In this document: positions 10,081-19,768 of the stretch, one piece after another
Layout: every line of letters begins with the position of its first letter
How positions within the stretch are numbered: position 1 is the first letter of the stretch
Assembly: GCA_029776125.1 (NCBI GenBank)
Contig: JARVJS010000006.1
Coordinates: 1-39,590 of the forward strand
Source of the DNA: Nitrososphaeria archaeon
GTDB taxonomy: Archaea; Thermoproteota; Nitrososphaeria; JACIWG01
Reading direction: 5' to 3'
Length of the DNA: 39,590 nucleotides
Notes under the pieces: generated by a model
The model's input: the letters and a program-made list of their open reading frames with translations, nothing else
Databases searched by the model: none
Told to the model about the DNA's origin: nothing
Program-made: the position numbers and the translations under genes

Positions 10081-10291
10081 AACTTTTGTTCTTTGACAAG
10101 GCTAATTGCATCAAACCTGTTTTCGAGATTATTTGGCATAAAATGTTGATTCATAAGAGAAAACAGACATATTTAAGCAAATAAAAATTTTTTGACTACA
10201 GGTTTGATGCAAAAAACATGAAAAAGCAGAGGGTAAACATAACAAAAAGTCTGCTTTTTCTTAAGTTTGCTATTTCCTATAAAAGTTGGGG
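10081..10291 (+). promoter_or_regulatory. CRISPR leader 1 with boxA-like 17-mer and 15-bp inverted repeat
   Basis: TTTGTTCTTTGACAAGG at 10085-10101; IR TTGCATCAAACCTGT (10106-10120) / ACAGGTTTGATGCAA (10198-10212). Confidence 0.7.
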
Positions 10292-10991
10292 GTTTTAAAA
10301 GAACCAGTATGGAGTGAAAACCATAGCCTCTTTAGTTTGGTGGTGGATAAGTAAAAAAGTTTTAAAAGAACCAGTATGGAGTGAAAACCTTTTTTGTCTC
10401 CTTCTGCTTTATAAAGTGAGTCATAGTTTTAAAAGAACCAGTATGGAGTGAAAACCGAACTCGACGATGACAGACGAGATGAAATAGAGCTCTTGTTTTA
10501 AAAGAACCAGTATGGAGTGAAAACAGCATGAACAAAAAAACGAGAAAAAAACATGCGAGCAAGTTTTAAAAGAACCAGTATGGAGTGAAAACCGGTCAGA
10601 TGGGCTCTTAGGGAAAAACTCAAAGACAGTTTTAAAAGAACCAGTATGGAGTGAAAACATGTTTTTTTAAGAGTGCAATGCACTCTCTAATATAGTTTTA
10701 AAAGAACCAGTATGGAGTGAAAACGTGAAAGAATACAGTAAAGAATATCAATCTCCAGAGGTTTTAAAAGAACCAGTATGGAGTGAAAACATATATAGAG
10801 GAGGTGAAAATGTCAAAAGTAATCAGAGTTTTAAAAGAACCAGTATGGAGTGAAAAGAGAGAACGGTGGTTGGAAAGGATAAGGAGACTGAAAGGTTTTA
10901 AAAGAACCAGTATGGAGTGAAAAGTTGACTGTTTCTGATGTGGTCACATTCTGTCAGATGAGTTTTTAAAAAAACCAATATGGAATGAATT
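10292..10991 (+). CRISPR. CRISPR array 1 (type IV): 11 repeats, 10 spacers of 36-39 nt
   Basis: 30-nt repeat GTTTTAAAAGAACCAGTATGGAGTGAAAAC at 10292, 10359, 10426, 10495, 10563, 10629, 10695, 10761, 10828 and 10895, with a degenerate terminal copy at 10962 that sets the + orientation. Confidence 0.98.
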
Positions 10992-11036
10992 TGCATTATA
11001 TATATTAGAAACAAAAAAAACAAAGGAGGAGATAAT

Positions 11037-13133
11037 ATGGAAATTTTAACTCAACTGTCAAAGAAAAAACTTATCACAAAAAGAAAAGAACAAGTAGAAC
11101 TATCTCAAAGCATATTGGATACCTTTGAGCAAAAGCGTATTGGTATTTTTGAAAGCCCTACAGGAACAGGAAAAACTCTTGCTTTTATGTCTGCGGTGGT
11201 GGAGTTTTGTCTTAAGAATTCTGCAAACAAGGTAATTATATCTACAAGTTCAAAGCAACTACAATCTCAAATGGTTCAGGAAATAGAAAAAATTAGCAAG
11301 GTTAAGGATTTAAGTAATTTTAGATATGTTATTGTTAAAGGTAAATCCAACTACTTACTCAGGAAAAAGATTGAAGAAAACCTTAAGAGATGTCTTAATC
11401 AAAAAAACTGTGAAATCTATAAAAAACTACTTAAAGCAGCTGACCAGGTTGATGGTGATATAGAGTTACTTTCTGATGAAATTATAGAACAGGTTAATTC
11501 AATAGCACCTGAAATGCTTGAAAGTTTAAGAACACCTGTAAGACTACCAATTTCTGAGACTGATTATGCATTGAAGGTTAGAGAACAGGCAGAAAAAGCA
11601 AATCTTATTATTGTGAATCACAGTTTATTTCTTTGTTATAACCTTCTTTTACAAAAAGAGTCAAATCCATTTTTTAAGACTTTTGCTTATGAATCTGAGA
11701 CACTTCCAGAAGACAGATCTATATCTGTAATTATAGATGAAGCACATACACTTGAAAATGTTGCTCAAAGACTTTTTGCTAAAGAAACTGCTATAAGAGA
11801 AATTCTCTTTGTGGCAGAACATTTGCTAAAAACAGTTTCATCTGTTAAATCTAATACAAAGTTTGTAATGGAGTATGGGAAAATAAAAGAATATATAGAA
11901 AACATAGCAAACAAAGCAAGAAAAGAAAAAGTTGAATACATACACATAACCAAAGACAAGATAAATTTTGATCCTGTAGTTAAATTAATAAGCACATATA
12001 TAGAATCATTTAAAATATTTGGCAAAAGGATTATGTCTCTTATTCCAAAAAATGATGATTTTATAAATCTAAAAGAAAAAGCATCAAAGATTAACGAAAT
12101 AATAAATGTTATCTACAATATTCTGAGAGAAAATAAACCTATTAAGAGTCACTGTTACCTCATTACTTTTTCTCCAGAAAAAAAATATCCTTCCTTTGCA
12201 GTAATAACACCCAGAATTGGTGGAGCTATGCACAATGTATTAGTAAACTTTGATTCCATAGTTCTTTTAAGTGGAACTTTAAGAGATCCAGACAAAGACA
12301 ACATTGATAATGATGCAGATAGGTTTAAAATTATCAGAACAAGACTTGCTATTGACTCATTAATTCCAAAGCGAAAAGAAGGTTTTTCTATAAATGCAAG
12401 AGTGTTTCAGGGATTTGATTTAAAAAAACTTGCTACTGTATATGTTTATCCAGAAGGACCATATCCACCTAAACTCAATGAAGAGAAAAACAAAGATAAG
12501 GATTACAGAGAATTATTAAAGAAAGAATATTTACTACCTCAAAAGGAAAGAATACTTTCTATCCTTAAAAACAGCAAAAAAGCACTAATTCTTACAACAG
12601 CTCACTATGAAACAGAGTTCTACAGAGAAATGCTTATGAATATTTCAGATAAAACAATAATAACTTACCCTGACAATGGTAGTTCTCTAATTCAAAAAGT
12701 AGAGGAATTTAAAAATTCTGATTCTGCAGTTTTTATTACAGCAAGTGCATGGGAAGGATTAGATGCTAAAATAGACACATTGATTATTTCCAAACTACCT
12801 TTTGCTTCTCCTAATGATCCATACTATATTGCATACCACGAAAATGAGAAAAACTATTTCCAAAGTTACTTATCAGAAAAAGACGCTCAAATAAGAGCAA
12901 ATTTAAGAGAACACATGAAAAGAGAATTTGATACATTTATTAAGTTTAGGCAAGGATTAGGTAGAGCAATAAGAGGAGGAGATGATTACTGCAATATTCA
13001 CATACTTGACCCAAGAGCATATGAACCAAAATATTATCAGAAGTTTTTACTTAATACTTATAAAGTTGCAGAGGTTAAGCAAAGAATAGAGGAAAGTAGT
13101 AAATCTGTAAGCAGTTCTGTTGTCGATATTTAA
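11037..13133 (+). CDS. dinG: CRISPR-associated DinG-family helicase (Csf4/CasDinG)
   Basis: RxxQ motif, ESPTGTGKT, KGKSNY, DEAH, LSGTL, WEGLD and QGLGRAIR; lies between two arrays. Confidence 0.9.
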   Translation: MEILTQLSKKKLITKRKEQVELSQSILDTFEQKRIGIFESPTGTGKTLAFMSAVVEFCLKNSANKVIISTSSKQLQSQMVQEIEKISKVKDLSNFRYVIVKGKSNYLLRKKIEENLKRCLNQKNCEIYKKLLKAADQVDGDIELLSDEIIEQVNSIAPEMLESLRTPVRLPISETDYALKVREQAEKANLIIVNHSLFLCYNLLLQKESNPFFKTFAYESETLPEDRSISVIIDEAHTLENVAQRLFAKETAIREILFVAEHLLKTVSSVKSNTKFVMEYGKIKEYIENIANKARKEKVEYIHITKDKINFDPVVKLISTYIESFKIFGKRIMSLIPKNDDFINLKEKASKINEIINVIYNILRENKPIKSHCYLITFSPEKKYPSFAVITPRIGGAMHNVLVNFDSIVLLSGTLRDPDKDNIDNDADRFKIIRTRLAIDSLIPKRKEGFSINARVFQGFDLKKLATVYVYPEGPYPPKLNEEKNKDKDYRELLKKEYLLPQKERILSILKNSKKALILTTAHYETEFYREMLMNISDKTIITYPDNGSSLIQKVEEFKNSDSAVFITASAWEGLDAKIDTLIISKLPFASPNDPYYIAYHENEKNYFQSYLSEKDAQIRANLREHMKREFDTFIKFRQGLGRAIRGGDDYCNIHILDPRAYEPKYYQKFLLNTYKVAEVKQRIEESSKSVSSSVVDI

Positions 13134-13262
13134 TAGTGTAAAAACATTTGAATATCGACAACAAGTTAAATATTGAATTTATAAGAAATAACAAAACTTA
13201 ATACGAGATTAAGTTTGTTCTTTGACAAGGTTAAATTTGTTAATATTTGTATGTATAAATGT

Positions 13263-13690
13263 GTTTTAAAAGAACCTATAAGGAGTGAAAATCGCTCAAG
13301 TTCATACTGAATTTTTATTTCTGTTTCTGTTTTAAAAGAACCAGTATGGAGTGAAAAGGTAATAAATTGTTCGTTTGTCAACTTTAAGCGGTTTGTATTT
13401 TAAAAAAACCAGTATGGAATGAAAATTAATTCTCTGATATTTTTTGTTGCAAAAAAGGACTTGTTTTAAGAAAACCAGTGTGGAATGAAAAACAATTCCA
13501 ATTTAAGACATTCATCCACTTGTAGCATAGTTTTAAAAGAACCAGTATGGAGTGAAAACCAGAAATCGAGCAGTGGCACGACGTATGTGTAGCGGGTTTT
13601 AAAAGAACCTATGAGGAGTGAAAATAATCTCGTTCCGACGGCTATTAGTGTTTTATTTATATTTTAGTAGAACCTATAAGGATTGAAATT
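13263..13690 (+). CRISPR. CRISPR array 2: 7 heterogeneous repeats, 6 spacers of 35-38 nt
   Basis: Repeats at 13263, 13329, 13397, 13463, 13530, 13596 and 13661; same family as array 1 but with CCAGTATGG and CCTAT(A/G)AGG core variants. Confidence 0.93.
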
Positions 13691-13705
13691 GAAAGTATTG
13701 TTAAC

Positions 13706-13735
13706 TTGACAATTTTGTCATAATTTTGTTATAAT
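13706..13735 (+). promoter_or_regulatory. sigma70-type promoter for the helicase operon, with overlapping IR
   Basis: TTGACA-N18-TATAAT with a TG extension; TGACAA-TT-TTGTCA inverted repeat at 13707-13720. Confidence 0.75.
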
Positions 13736-13761
13736 AATATATTAACCAAACAGGAGAAAAT

Positions 13762-15384
13762 ATGCAATATACTGAAGAACAACAAGCAGTCATACAAGAA
13801 ACTTTTAATACACCTGTTACTGTTGTTAATGCACTTGCGGGAACAGGAAAAACTACAACTTGTTTTGGAGTAATACAGGAAGCAGTAAGTAAAGGATATA
13901 GGACTCTTTACCTTGTTTTTAATAAGGCAATGCAGTTAGAGGCAGAGGAAAGGGCAAAAAGGTTAGGATTAAATGGCAGTGTTGAAATAAAAACTGTTCA
14001 TGCACTTGCGTATAAAAACATAGTTAGAACAGGTTATTTTAAAAATAAAACAGTAGGAAATATTAGAGTTAAAGATATAGCAGATACATTTGGAACTTTT
14101 GATTACGATAGGGCGTATTTTATACTGAAAATTTTTCTTGAGTTTCTTTACAGTGATTATTCTATTGAAAATGTTGATAAGTTTCTTTATGAACTTGAAC
14201 AATCAAGCACTTATTATGAACAAGCGATAAACAGATATTCCGTATCTGCTAAAGATTTAACTTTTTTGTATGACTACATAGACAATGGACAACTTCCTTG
14301 TCCTCATGACTTTTATCTTAAGAAATTTATTGACTTTTTAAAAGATGGAAAAACTTACTGCAAATACGACCTTGTTATTCTTGATGAATCTCAAGATGCT
14401 AATCCCTGTTTTGCCTCACTGCTTAAGCACTTAAGGGCTAAAAATTTACTAATGGTAGGTGATAGACATCAATGGATTTATTCATTCAGAGGAAGTGTGA
14501 ATTTGATAGAAGAGTTTGAGAATGCTAAAAGACTATATTTAACTCACACATTCAGATTTGACAACAACATTGCGGATCTTGCCAATAAAGTGCTTTCTAT
14601 AAAGGGAGAAAAACACCTACTTAAATGTAAAAAATCTAAAACAGTAAATAAAGAAAGAGCAATTATTAGTAGAACTAATTCTGAACTTTTAAGAAAATAC
14701 CTCTCTATGCCTGATACTCTTAAAAAACTTGTAGTCTTTGAAAGAGGCATAGAGGAAATAATTAAACTTCCTCTTACCATTGCACTTATACTTGAAAGAA
14801 AAATTCCATATCCATATTGTGAGAGAAATAATTTACAAGTATCAAAAGTAATAGACGAAGGATTTTATAAACTTTTTAAAAATCCTGTTGATTTAAATCT
14901 TTATGTTAGAGAACTTGAATCTTTAAGCAAAGAAGGACAATCGTCAAGCACTGAGACAGATACAGTATCTGCTTATAAGATTGCAGATGACTATGGAACG
15001 AAAAATTTAACTAAACTTATCCATAAATACTATGCTTCTTTAGAAGATGATATAGACGAAGAAAGCAAACTTTACATGGCTACTGCTCACAGTAGCAAAG
15101 GACAAGAATATAAAAAGGTTACACTTCTTGATGATTTTAGGAAATTTTTAACTGACAAAGAATATCCAATGATTGAAAACAACCTCTTTGCACTTGATAA
15201 AAGCTTTAAAGAAGTACTAAAAGAACGCCTTCGCTCTAATTTGCCTGAGTTAAATTTGCTTTATGTGGCATTCACAAGAGCATCTGATAGTATTGACTAT
15301 TCAAGTGAAGTGCAAAAAAACCTAAGAATCTTTGATTACTGCATAAAAAATGGCATTTCCATTAAGCAAAAGAAAGGAGAGTAG
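13762..15384 (+). CDS. UvrD-like superfamily 1 helicase
   Basis: TEEQ, ALAGTGKT, LVFNK, TVHALA, DESQD, VGDRHQWIYSFRG, TAHSSKGQE and LLYVAFTRA motifs. Confidence 0.9.
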   Translation: MQYTEEQQAVIQETFNTPVTVVNALAGTGKTTTCFGVIQEAVSKGYRTLYLVFNKAMQLEAEERAKRLGLNGSVEIKTVHALAYKNIVRTGYFKNKTVGNIRVKDIADTFGTFDYDRAYFILKIFLEFLYSDYSIENVDKFLYELEQSSTYYEQAINRYSVSAKDLTFLYDYIDNGQLPCPHDFYLKKFIDFLKDGKTYCKYDLVILDESQDANPCFASLLKHLRAKNLLMVGDRHQWIYSFRGSVNLIEEFENAKRLYLTHTFRFDNNIADLANKVLSIKGEKHLLKCKKSKTVNKERAIISRTNSELLRKYLSMPDTLKKLVVFERGIEEIIKLPLTIALILERKIPYPYCERNNLQVSKVIDEGFYKLFKNPVDLNLYVRELESLSKEGQSSSTETDTVSAYKIADDYGTKNLTKLIHKYYASLEDDIDEESKLYMATAHSSKGQEYKKVTLLDDFRKFLTDKEYPMIENNLFALDKSFKEVLKERLRSNLPELNLLYVAFTRASDSIDYSSEVQKNLRIFDYCIKNGISIKQKKGE

Positions 15385-16020
15385 ATGGAAATTAAAAATG
15401 CAATCATCTATTTTGATGGTGCTTGTCTTCCTTATAATCCCGGAGGAACTGCTACTTATGGATTTGTGGTCAAAGATACAGGTGGAAATACTGTTTTTCG
15501 TGGGAAAGGTGTTGCTGCAGAACAGGGAACAAATAACATTGCAGAGTATACAGGTTTAATTGAGGCGTTGAAGAAGGCTAAAGAGATGGGAGTAGAGCAG
15601 GTAAAAATCTATGGCGATAGCATGCTTGTTGTAAATCAGATTAATGGTGTTTATGAGGTAAGAAGCAAAAATATTTATCCTTTATATGAGATAGCTAAAA
15701 AACTTTTATCACAATTTTCTGATTGGAAAATACAATGGGTAGCAAGAAAAAATAATAAAGAAGCAGATAAACTTTCTACTGAAGCATTTATTGAATATAT
15801 AGAAAACAAAAACAGACAAAGAATTGAAAAGTTAAGAGAAGAACTTGTTATTTCTGAAAATGGTTGCTTTAAGATTAGAGATTATGTTATTACTCTCAAT
15901 CCTCCATCCTGTAATTGCCAATACTTTCAGAGAATAAACTCTTTTTCTCTGCTAAAGAAGGATAATATTGTAATCAAATGTAAACATATATTGTTTGTTG
16001 AAGAAAGCATTAGAAATTAA
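15385..16020 (+). CDS. rnhA: ribonuclease HI fused to a C-terminal SWIM zinc finger
   Basis: YFDGAC, TNNIAEY, GDSMLVVNQ and N.EADKL catalytic motifs; C-terminal CNC...CKH. Confidence 0.85.
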   Translation: MEIKNAIIYFDGACLPYNPGGTATYGFVVKDTGGNTVFRGKGVAAEQGTNNIAEYTGLIEALKKAKEMGVEQVKIYGDSMLVVNQINGVYEVRSKNIYPLYEIAKKLLSQFSDWKIQWVARKNNKEADKLSTEAFIEYIENKNRQRIEKLREELVISENGCFKIRDYVITLNPPSCNCQYFQRINSFSLLKKDNIVIKCKHILFVEESIRN

Positions 16021-16034
16021 GGTGAGGTGTCTAT

Positions 16035-16202
16035 ATGGAAAATACAAAAGTAAAGAAAACAAAGAAGCCTGCAGAAATGAAAAGAACAAGTTATATTCTT
16101 GTGAGACTTACTGATGAGGAAAAGAAAAGGCTAAAGAAACTTGCATACTCTCAAGGACTTGATATATCTGAGTATGTAAGAAAAAAGGTTTTTGACTTGT
16201 GA
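16035..16202 (+). CDS. 55-aa ribbon-helix-helix DNA-binding protein (absent from the ORF track)
   Basis: GGTGAGGTG RBS; MENTKVKKTKKPAEMKRTSYILVRLTDEEKKRLKKLAYSQGLDISEYVRKKVFDL has the RHH pattern (VRLT.EE...L...A...G...SEYVR). Confidence 0.8.
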   Translation: MENTKVKKTKKPAEMKRTSYILVRLTDEEKKRLKKLAYSQGLDISEYVRKKVFDL

Positions 16203-16230
16203 TAGAGAAATCTTTAAAGTCCTTATCCAA

Positions 16231-16261
16231 TAAGGATACTCTGAGGTACCCTATATATAGG
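16231..16261 (+). promoter_or_regulatory. 31-bp recurrent operon-head motif, copy 3 (upstream of cas10)
   Basis: TAAGGATACTCTGAGGTACCCTATATATAGG; ATG 5 nt downstream. Confidence 0.72.
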
Positions 16262-16266
16262 AATAT

Positions 16267-18543
16267 ATGTCATTGTATGAGGACTTTAGTGAAAAAATTG
16301 CTATTGGAGCCTTATTTCAAGATATAGGCATTATAATTGCCAAAACAAAAGGAACTTGTTCTGATTACATAAAAGAAAGTAAAAATTGGCTTAATCAATA
16401 TTATCCAAAAGACGTAGCATCTCTACAAGAGTATGAGGACTTACTTTCCTTATTGAATGTTTCTGCTTTATCAGGGCAATCAAGTAATATAGACTACAGT
16501 CTAATAAAAAATTCTTTTCTAAAAATTGACTACAAAGAAAATTCCAGAGATTTATATTTTCCTTTAAGACCTTCAAAAGTAATCAATTCAACTACAAATA
16601 ATAAAACTTCTCAGAAAAATTACGAAGAATTATTTAAAAACTTTGAAAGTGATTTTTTAAAAATTAACAGATATAATGTTAATGCTTTATTATTTTTAAT
16701 TAAAAAACACTTCTCTTTTGTTCCTGTTAATGGTGATATTTCCTTTTATGACCAAAGTTGCTTTAATGCTCTATTAGCGTGTTGTTTATTTCACTATCTC
16801 AATAATAATTCAAAACAATTAAGTTTACCAATCAAAGATAGATTGAAACAAAGTTTAGACGAAAAAGCTTTCCTTCTCATAGGTGGGGATATATCAGGTA
16901 TTCAGAATTTTATTTATGCAGTTGCAACCTCTACAGGTGCTTTAAAATCCTTCAAGGGAAGATCCTTCTATCTTGAACTTCTCACTGAACATGTAGTCAA
17001 CGAAATACTTAACCAATTAGGACTGTTTCGTTTTAATATTTATTTTACAGGTGCAGGGCATTTTTACATAATTGCCTACAATACTGATAAAGCAAAGAAC
17101 ATTGTTAACAACATCAAAGAAAGAATCAATAATTTTCTCCTAAAAGAGTTTAATGGATTACTTCAGTTCCACATAGATTTCATTGAATTTCCAATAACTG
17201 CTTTCATGCAGAATTTAGACTTACAATTTATTGATTACTTTAATGACTTAAAAGGTAAACTTGAAATTTCTAAAAAGAAAAAATGGAATGATTTCTTAGA
17301 TAAAGTATTCATGGTTGAAACTCCTCATCCTGACTGCTATACTGAAGGGTGTTCGGTTTGTCAAAGAGAGGACAAGCCATTAACCTCAATAAGTAAACCT
17401 GAAAAAGAAGTTAAATACTGCTCTTCATGTTACAGTCAATACAAACTTGGAGAGCAACTAACTAAACTCTCTTTCCTTGAAAAAAGCATGCCCTGTATAT
17501 ATAAATACGATTTAGATAGTGAAACAAGAAATTCTGATTGCATTATTATAGATAATTCCTGTTATGTTTTTAATCCTGATATTGCAGTTAATTCCTCTAC
17601 AAATAAGCCAAAAAATAAGTATTTAATTAACTGTACTAACGCTTACTATTACAATTCAGAGGAATCAATATATTTCCCTGCCGGCATATACAACAATTCT
17701 GATATTGTAGAACTGTCCGATGTAAAAGGGTATTTTGGTAAAGATTTAGTTTCAGTTTTAAAAATGGATGTAGACAATTTAGGATGGATATTTTCTTTAG
17801 GGATACCTAAAGAGTATAGAACATTTACAAGAATGTCTAACATTTCTGAACTGCTTACTCACTTTTTCAAGTATTCAAGCAACTACATAGCCAAAGGAAG
17901 CGTTCCTACTCAGACAAGTCTTTTAAGGGATATTAAGGAAGGTTTTGAAAGAAGAATATCTATCGTTTACGCAGGAGGAGATGACTTACTTGTCGTAGGA
18001 CACTGGCTTGATATTTTAGAGTTTAGCATAGATATTGACAAATACTTTAGAATGCTTGCAGGTAATCCTAAAGTAACATTATCTGCAGGAATCTCCATAG
18101 GGCATCCAAAGTGTCCGTTTTACCTATTAACTCATACTGCAAACGATTTACTTGAGATAGCCAAAAAATCTAATCCCAATAAAAATTCTGTTACTGTGTT
18201 TGACGAAATCTTTACCTTTAAATGGGATGATTTTGAAATTGTAGAAAAATATATAAAACTACTAATTCCTTACTTTAAAAAAACAGAAAAGGAGATTATT
18301 CCTGTAGCACTGCCAAAGACCTTCTTTTACAGGTTTCTTGCAATTGCTAAAAACTTTGTTAATCACAACAGACTTGAAATATCCAAATTTATATACTTGC
18401 TTTCAAGGATTGGCGATAAAAACATAAGAAATACTCTTAAAACTGAACTTGAACCTCTCTTTACTTTAGACAAAAAAGAGTGGAAGTGCGTTTACTTTGC
18501 ATTAGTTTTATTGTTAATGAGTAGTTTAAGCAAAGAATCATAA
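16267..18543 (+). CDS. cas10: type III-A Cas10/Csm1 with degenerate HD motif and intact GGDD palm
   Basis: GDISGIQNFIY, KGRSFYLE, a Zn finger, KMDVDNLG and YAGGDDL; the N-terminus reads ALFQDIG instead of ALLHDIG. Confidence 0.93.
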   Translation: MSLYEDFSEKIAIGALFQDIGIIIAKTKGTCSDYIKESKNWLNQYYPKDVASLQEYEDLLSLLNVSALSGQSSNIDYSLIKNSFLKIDYKENSRDLYFPLRPSKVINSTTNNKTSQKNYEELFKNFESDFLKINRYNVNALLFLIKKHFSFVPVNGDISFYDQSCFNALLACCLFHYLNNNSKQLSLPIKDRLKQSLDEKAFLLIGGDISGIQNFIYAVATSTGALKSFKGRSFYLELLTEHVVNEILNQLGLFRFNIYFTGAGHFYIIAYNTDKAKNIVNNIKERINNFLLKEFNGLLQFHIDFIEFPITAFMQNLDLQFIDYFNDLKGKLEISKKKKWNDFLDKVFMVETPHPDCYTEGCSVCQREDKPLTSISKPEKEVKYCSSCYSQYKLGEQLTKLSFLEKSMPCIYKYDLDSETRNSDCIIIDNSCYVFNPDIAVNSSTNKPKNKYLINCTNAYYYNSEESIYFPAGIYNNSDIVELSDVKGYFGKDLVSVLKMDVDNLGWIFSLGIPKEYRTFTRMSNISELLTHFFKYSSNYIAKGSVPTQTSLLRDIKEGFERRISIVYAGGDDLLVVGHWLDILEFSIDIDKYFRMLAGNPKVTLSAGISIGHPKCPFYLLTHTANDLLEIAKKSNPNKNSVTVFDEIFTFKWDDFEIVEKYIKLLIPYFKKTEKEIIPVALPKTFFYRFLAIAKNFVNHNRLEISKFIYLLSRIGDKNIRNTLKTELEPLFTLDKKEWKCVYFALVLLLMSSLSKES

Positions 18544-18554
18544 GGAGGTAATAA

Positions 18555-18989
18555 ATGTCTAACTTTTATCAACATCACAAAAGAGAAGAAAAACCAATGG
18601 ATGCTTTCTTTGACCTATATTTGAAGGAATTAACAAAAAGTTCAAACCTAAAACTGCTTTCTACTGATTTAATTGTAAAGTTTGCTGATCAGGCAGGCAG
18701 AGAGTTTAGCAGAATACCTTTGTCTCAGATTAGGAAGTTTTTTAACACAGTAAAGAAAATGTCCTTAGCAGAAAAGTTTAATATTAACGATGTAATGTTA
18801 TTAAAACCTATTGTTGCCTACACTTACAGCAGAAATAAAAATAATAATAATTCAAAAGCATTTGATAGGTTTAAAAACTTAATGGATATATGTCTTGACC
18901 GAATTAAAGACGAAGCAGACTTTAAAAGATTTTTAACTCTGTTTGAAAGCATACTTGCCTATCATAAATTCTATGGAGGTAGAGAGTAA
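18555..18989 (+). CDS. csm2: type III-A small subunit Csm2
   Basis: SQIRKFF, LLKP.VAY and FESILAYHKFYGG. Confidence 0.92.
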   Translation: MSNFYQHHKREEKPMDAFFDLYLKELTKSSNLKLLSTDLIVKFADQAGREFSRIPLSQIRKFFNTVKKMSLAEKFNINDVMLLKPIVAYTYSRNKNNNNSKAFDRFKNLMDICLDRIKDEADFKRFLTLFESILAYHKFYGGRE

Positions 18990-19768
18990 TGGATAAGCAA
19001 AGATTTTTACAAGGCAAAATTGAAGTTACAGGAATAATTAAGTGCCTTACAGGACTACACATTGGAGCATCGAAAGACACAGTAGAAATAGGAGGAATTG
19101 ACCTTATAGTAGTAAGAGACCCAATAACTAAAGAACCTGTTATTCCAGGAAGTTCTGTCAAAGGAAAAATGCGTAGTCTCCTTGAGAAATCTCTTAAAAA
19201 ACCTGCAAACAGAGATTCAGGCTCAGGTGTAAAAATTCATGTTTGTGATGACGCAAAAGAAGCTTACAAGTGTGAAGTTTGTCGTCTGTTTGGAACAACA
19301 GGAACAGGGAAAGACGCAAGCGGAAACAGAAATAAAAACTTTCCTTCAAGGCTTACTGTGAGAGATTCTTTCGTAACAGAAGAAAGCATGCAGGTATTAA
19401 GAAAACTTGATACAGGACTGCTTTACACAGAGTGGAAGTTTGAGAATGTTATTGATAGAAATACCTCTGCAGCCAATCCAAGACAGATTGAAAGAGTTCC
19501 TAAAGGAACAGAGTTTGATTTTTCTATGGTTTACGATGTTGAGGACTTAGAAACACTACAAAGTGACATGAACAATCTGCAACTTGCAGTAAACTTACTT
19601 TTGCGTGACTACCTTGGAGGACATGGAAGTAGAGGCTATGGAAAGATTGACCTTGTATTTAAAAGCATCGTGTTTTACTCTATACCTGAACTTGCAAAAC
19701 CAAATCCTGTAGGTATAAGGCTTGATAACCTATTAGACATAGAGAAAGTAAAGAACGCAATCAAATGA
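18989..19768 (+). CDS. csm3: type III-A RAMP Csm3
   Basis: TGLHIG, IGGID (catalytic Asp present), IPGSSVKGKMRSLLE, ANPRQIERVP and LGGHGSRGYG. Confidence 0.95.
   Translation: MDKQRFLQGKIEVTGIIKCLTGLHIGASKDTVEIGGIDLIVVRDPITKEPVIPGSSVKGKMRSLLEKSLKKPANRDSGSGVKIHVCDDAKEAYKCEVCRLFGTTGTGKDASGNRNKNFPSRLTVRDSFVTEESMQVLRKLDTGLLYTEWKFENVIDRNTSAANPRQIERVPKGTEFDFSMVYDVEDLETLQSDMNNLQLAVNLLLRDYLGGHGSRGYGKIDLVFKSIVFYSIPELAKPNPVGIRLDNLLDIEKVKNAIK

Noticed and set aside
10525-10562. Array 1 spacer 4 resembling 29205-29243 and part of 34138-35304
   Set aside because: Low-complexity poly-A similarity that needs gaps.
10362-10683. Minus-strand ORFs over array 1 (also 13166-13381 and 20875-21057)
   Set aside because: They are translations of CRISPR repeats and spacers.
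13293-13328. 16-nt match of array 2 spacer 1 to csm3 (19323-19338) as self-targeting
   Set aside because: The match is A-rich, covers under half the spacer at its 3' end, and is plausible by chance in AT-rich DNA.
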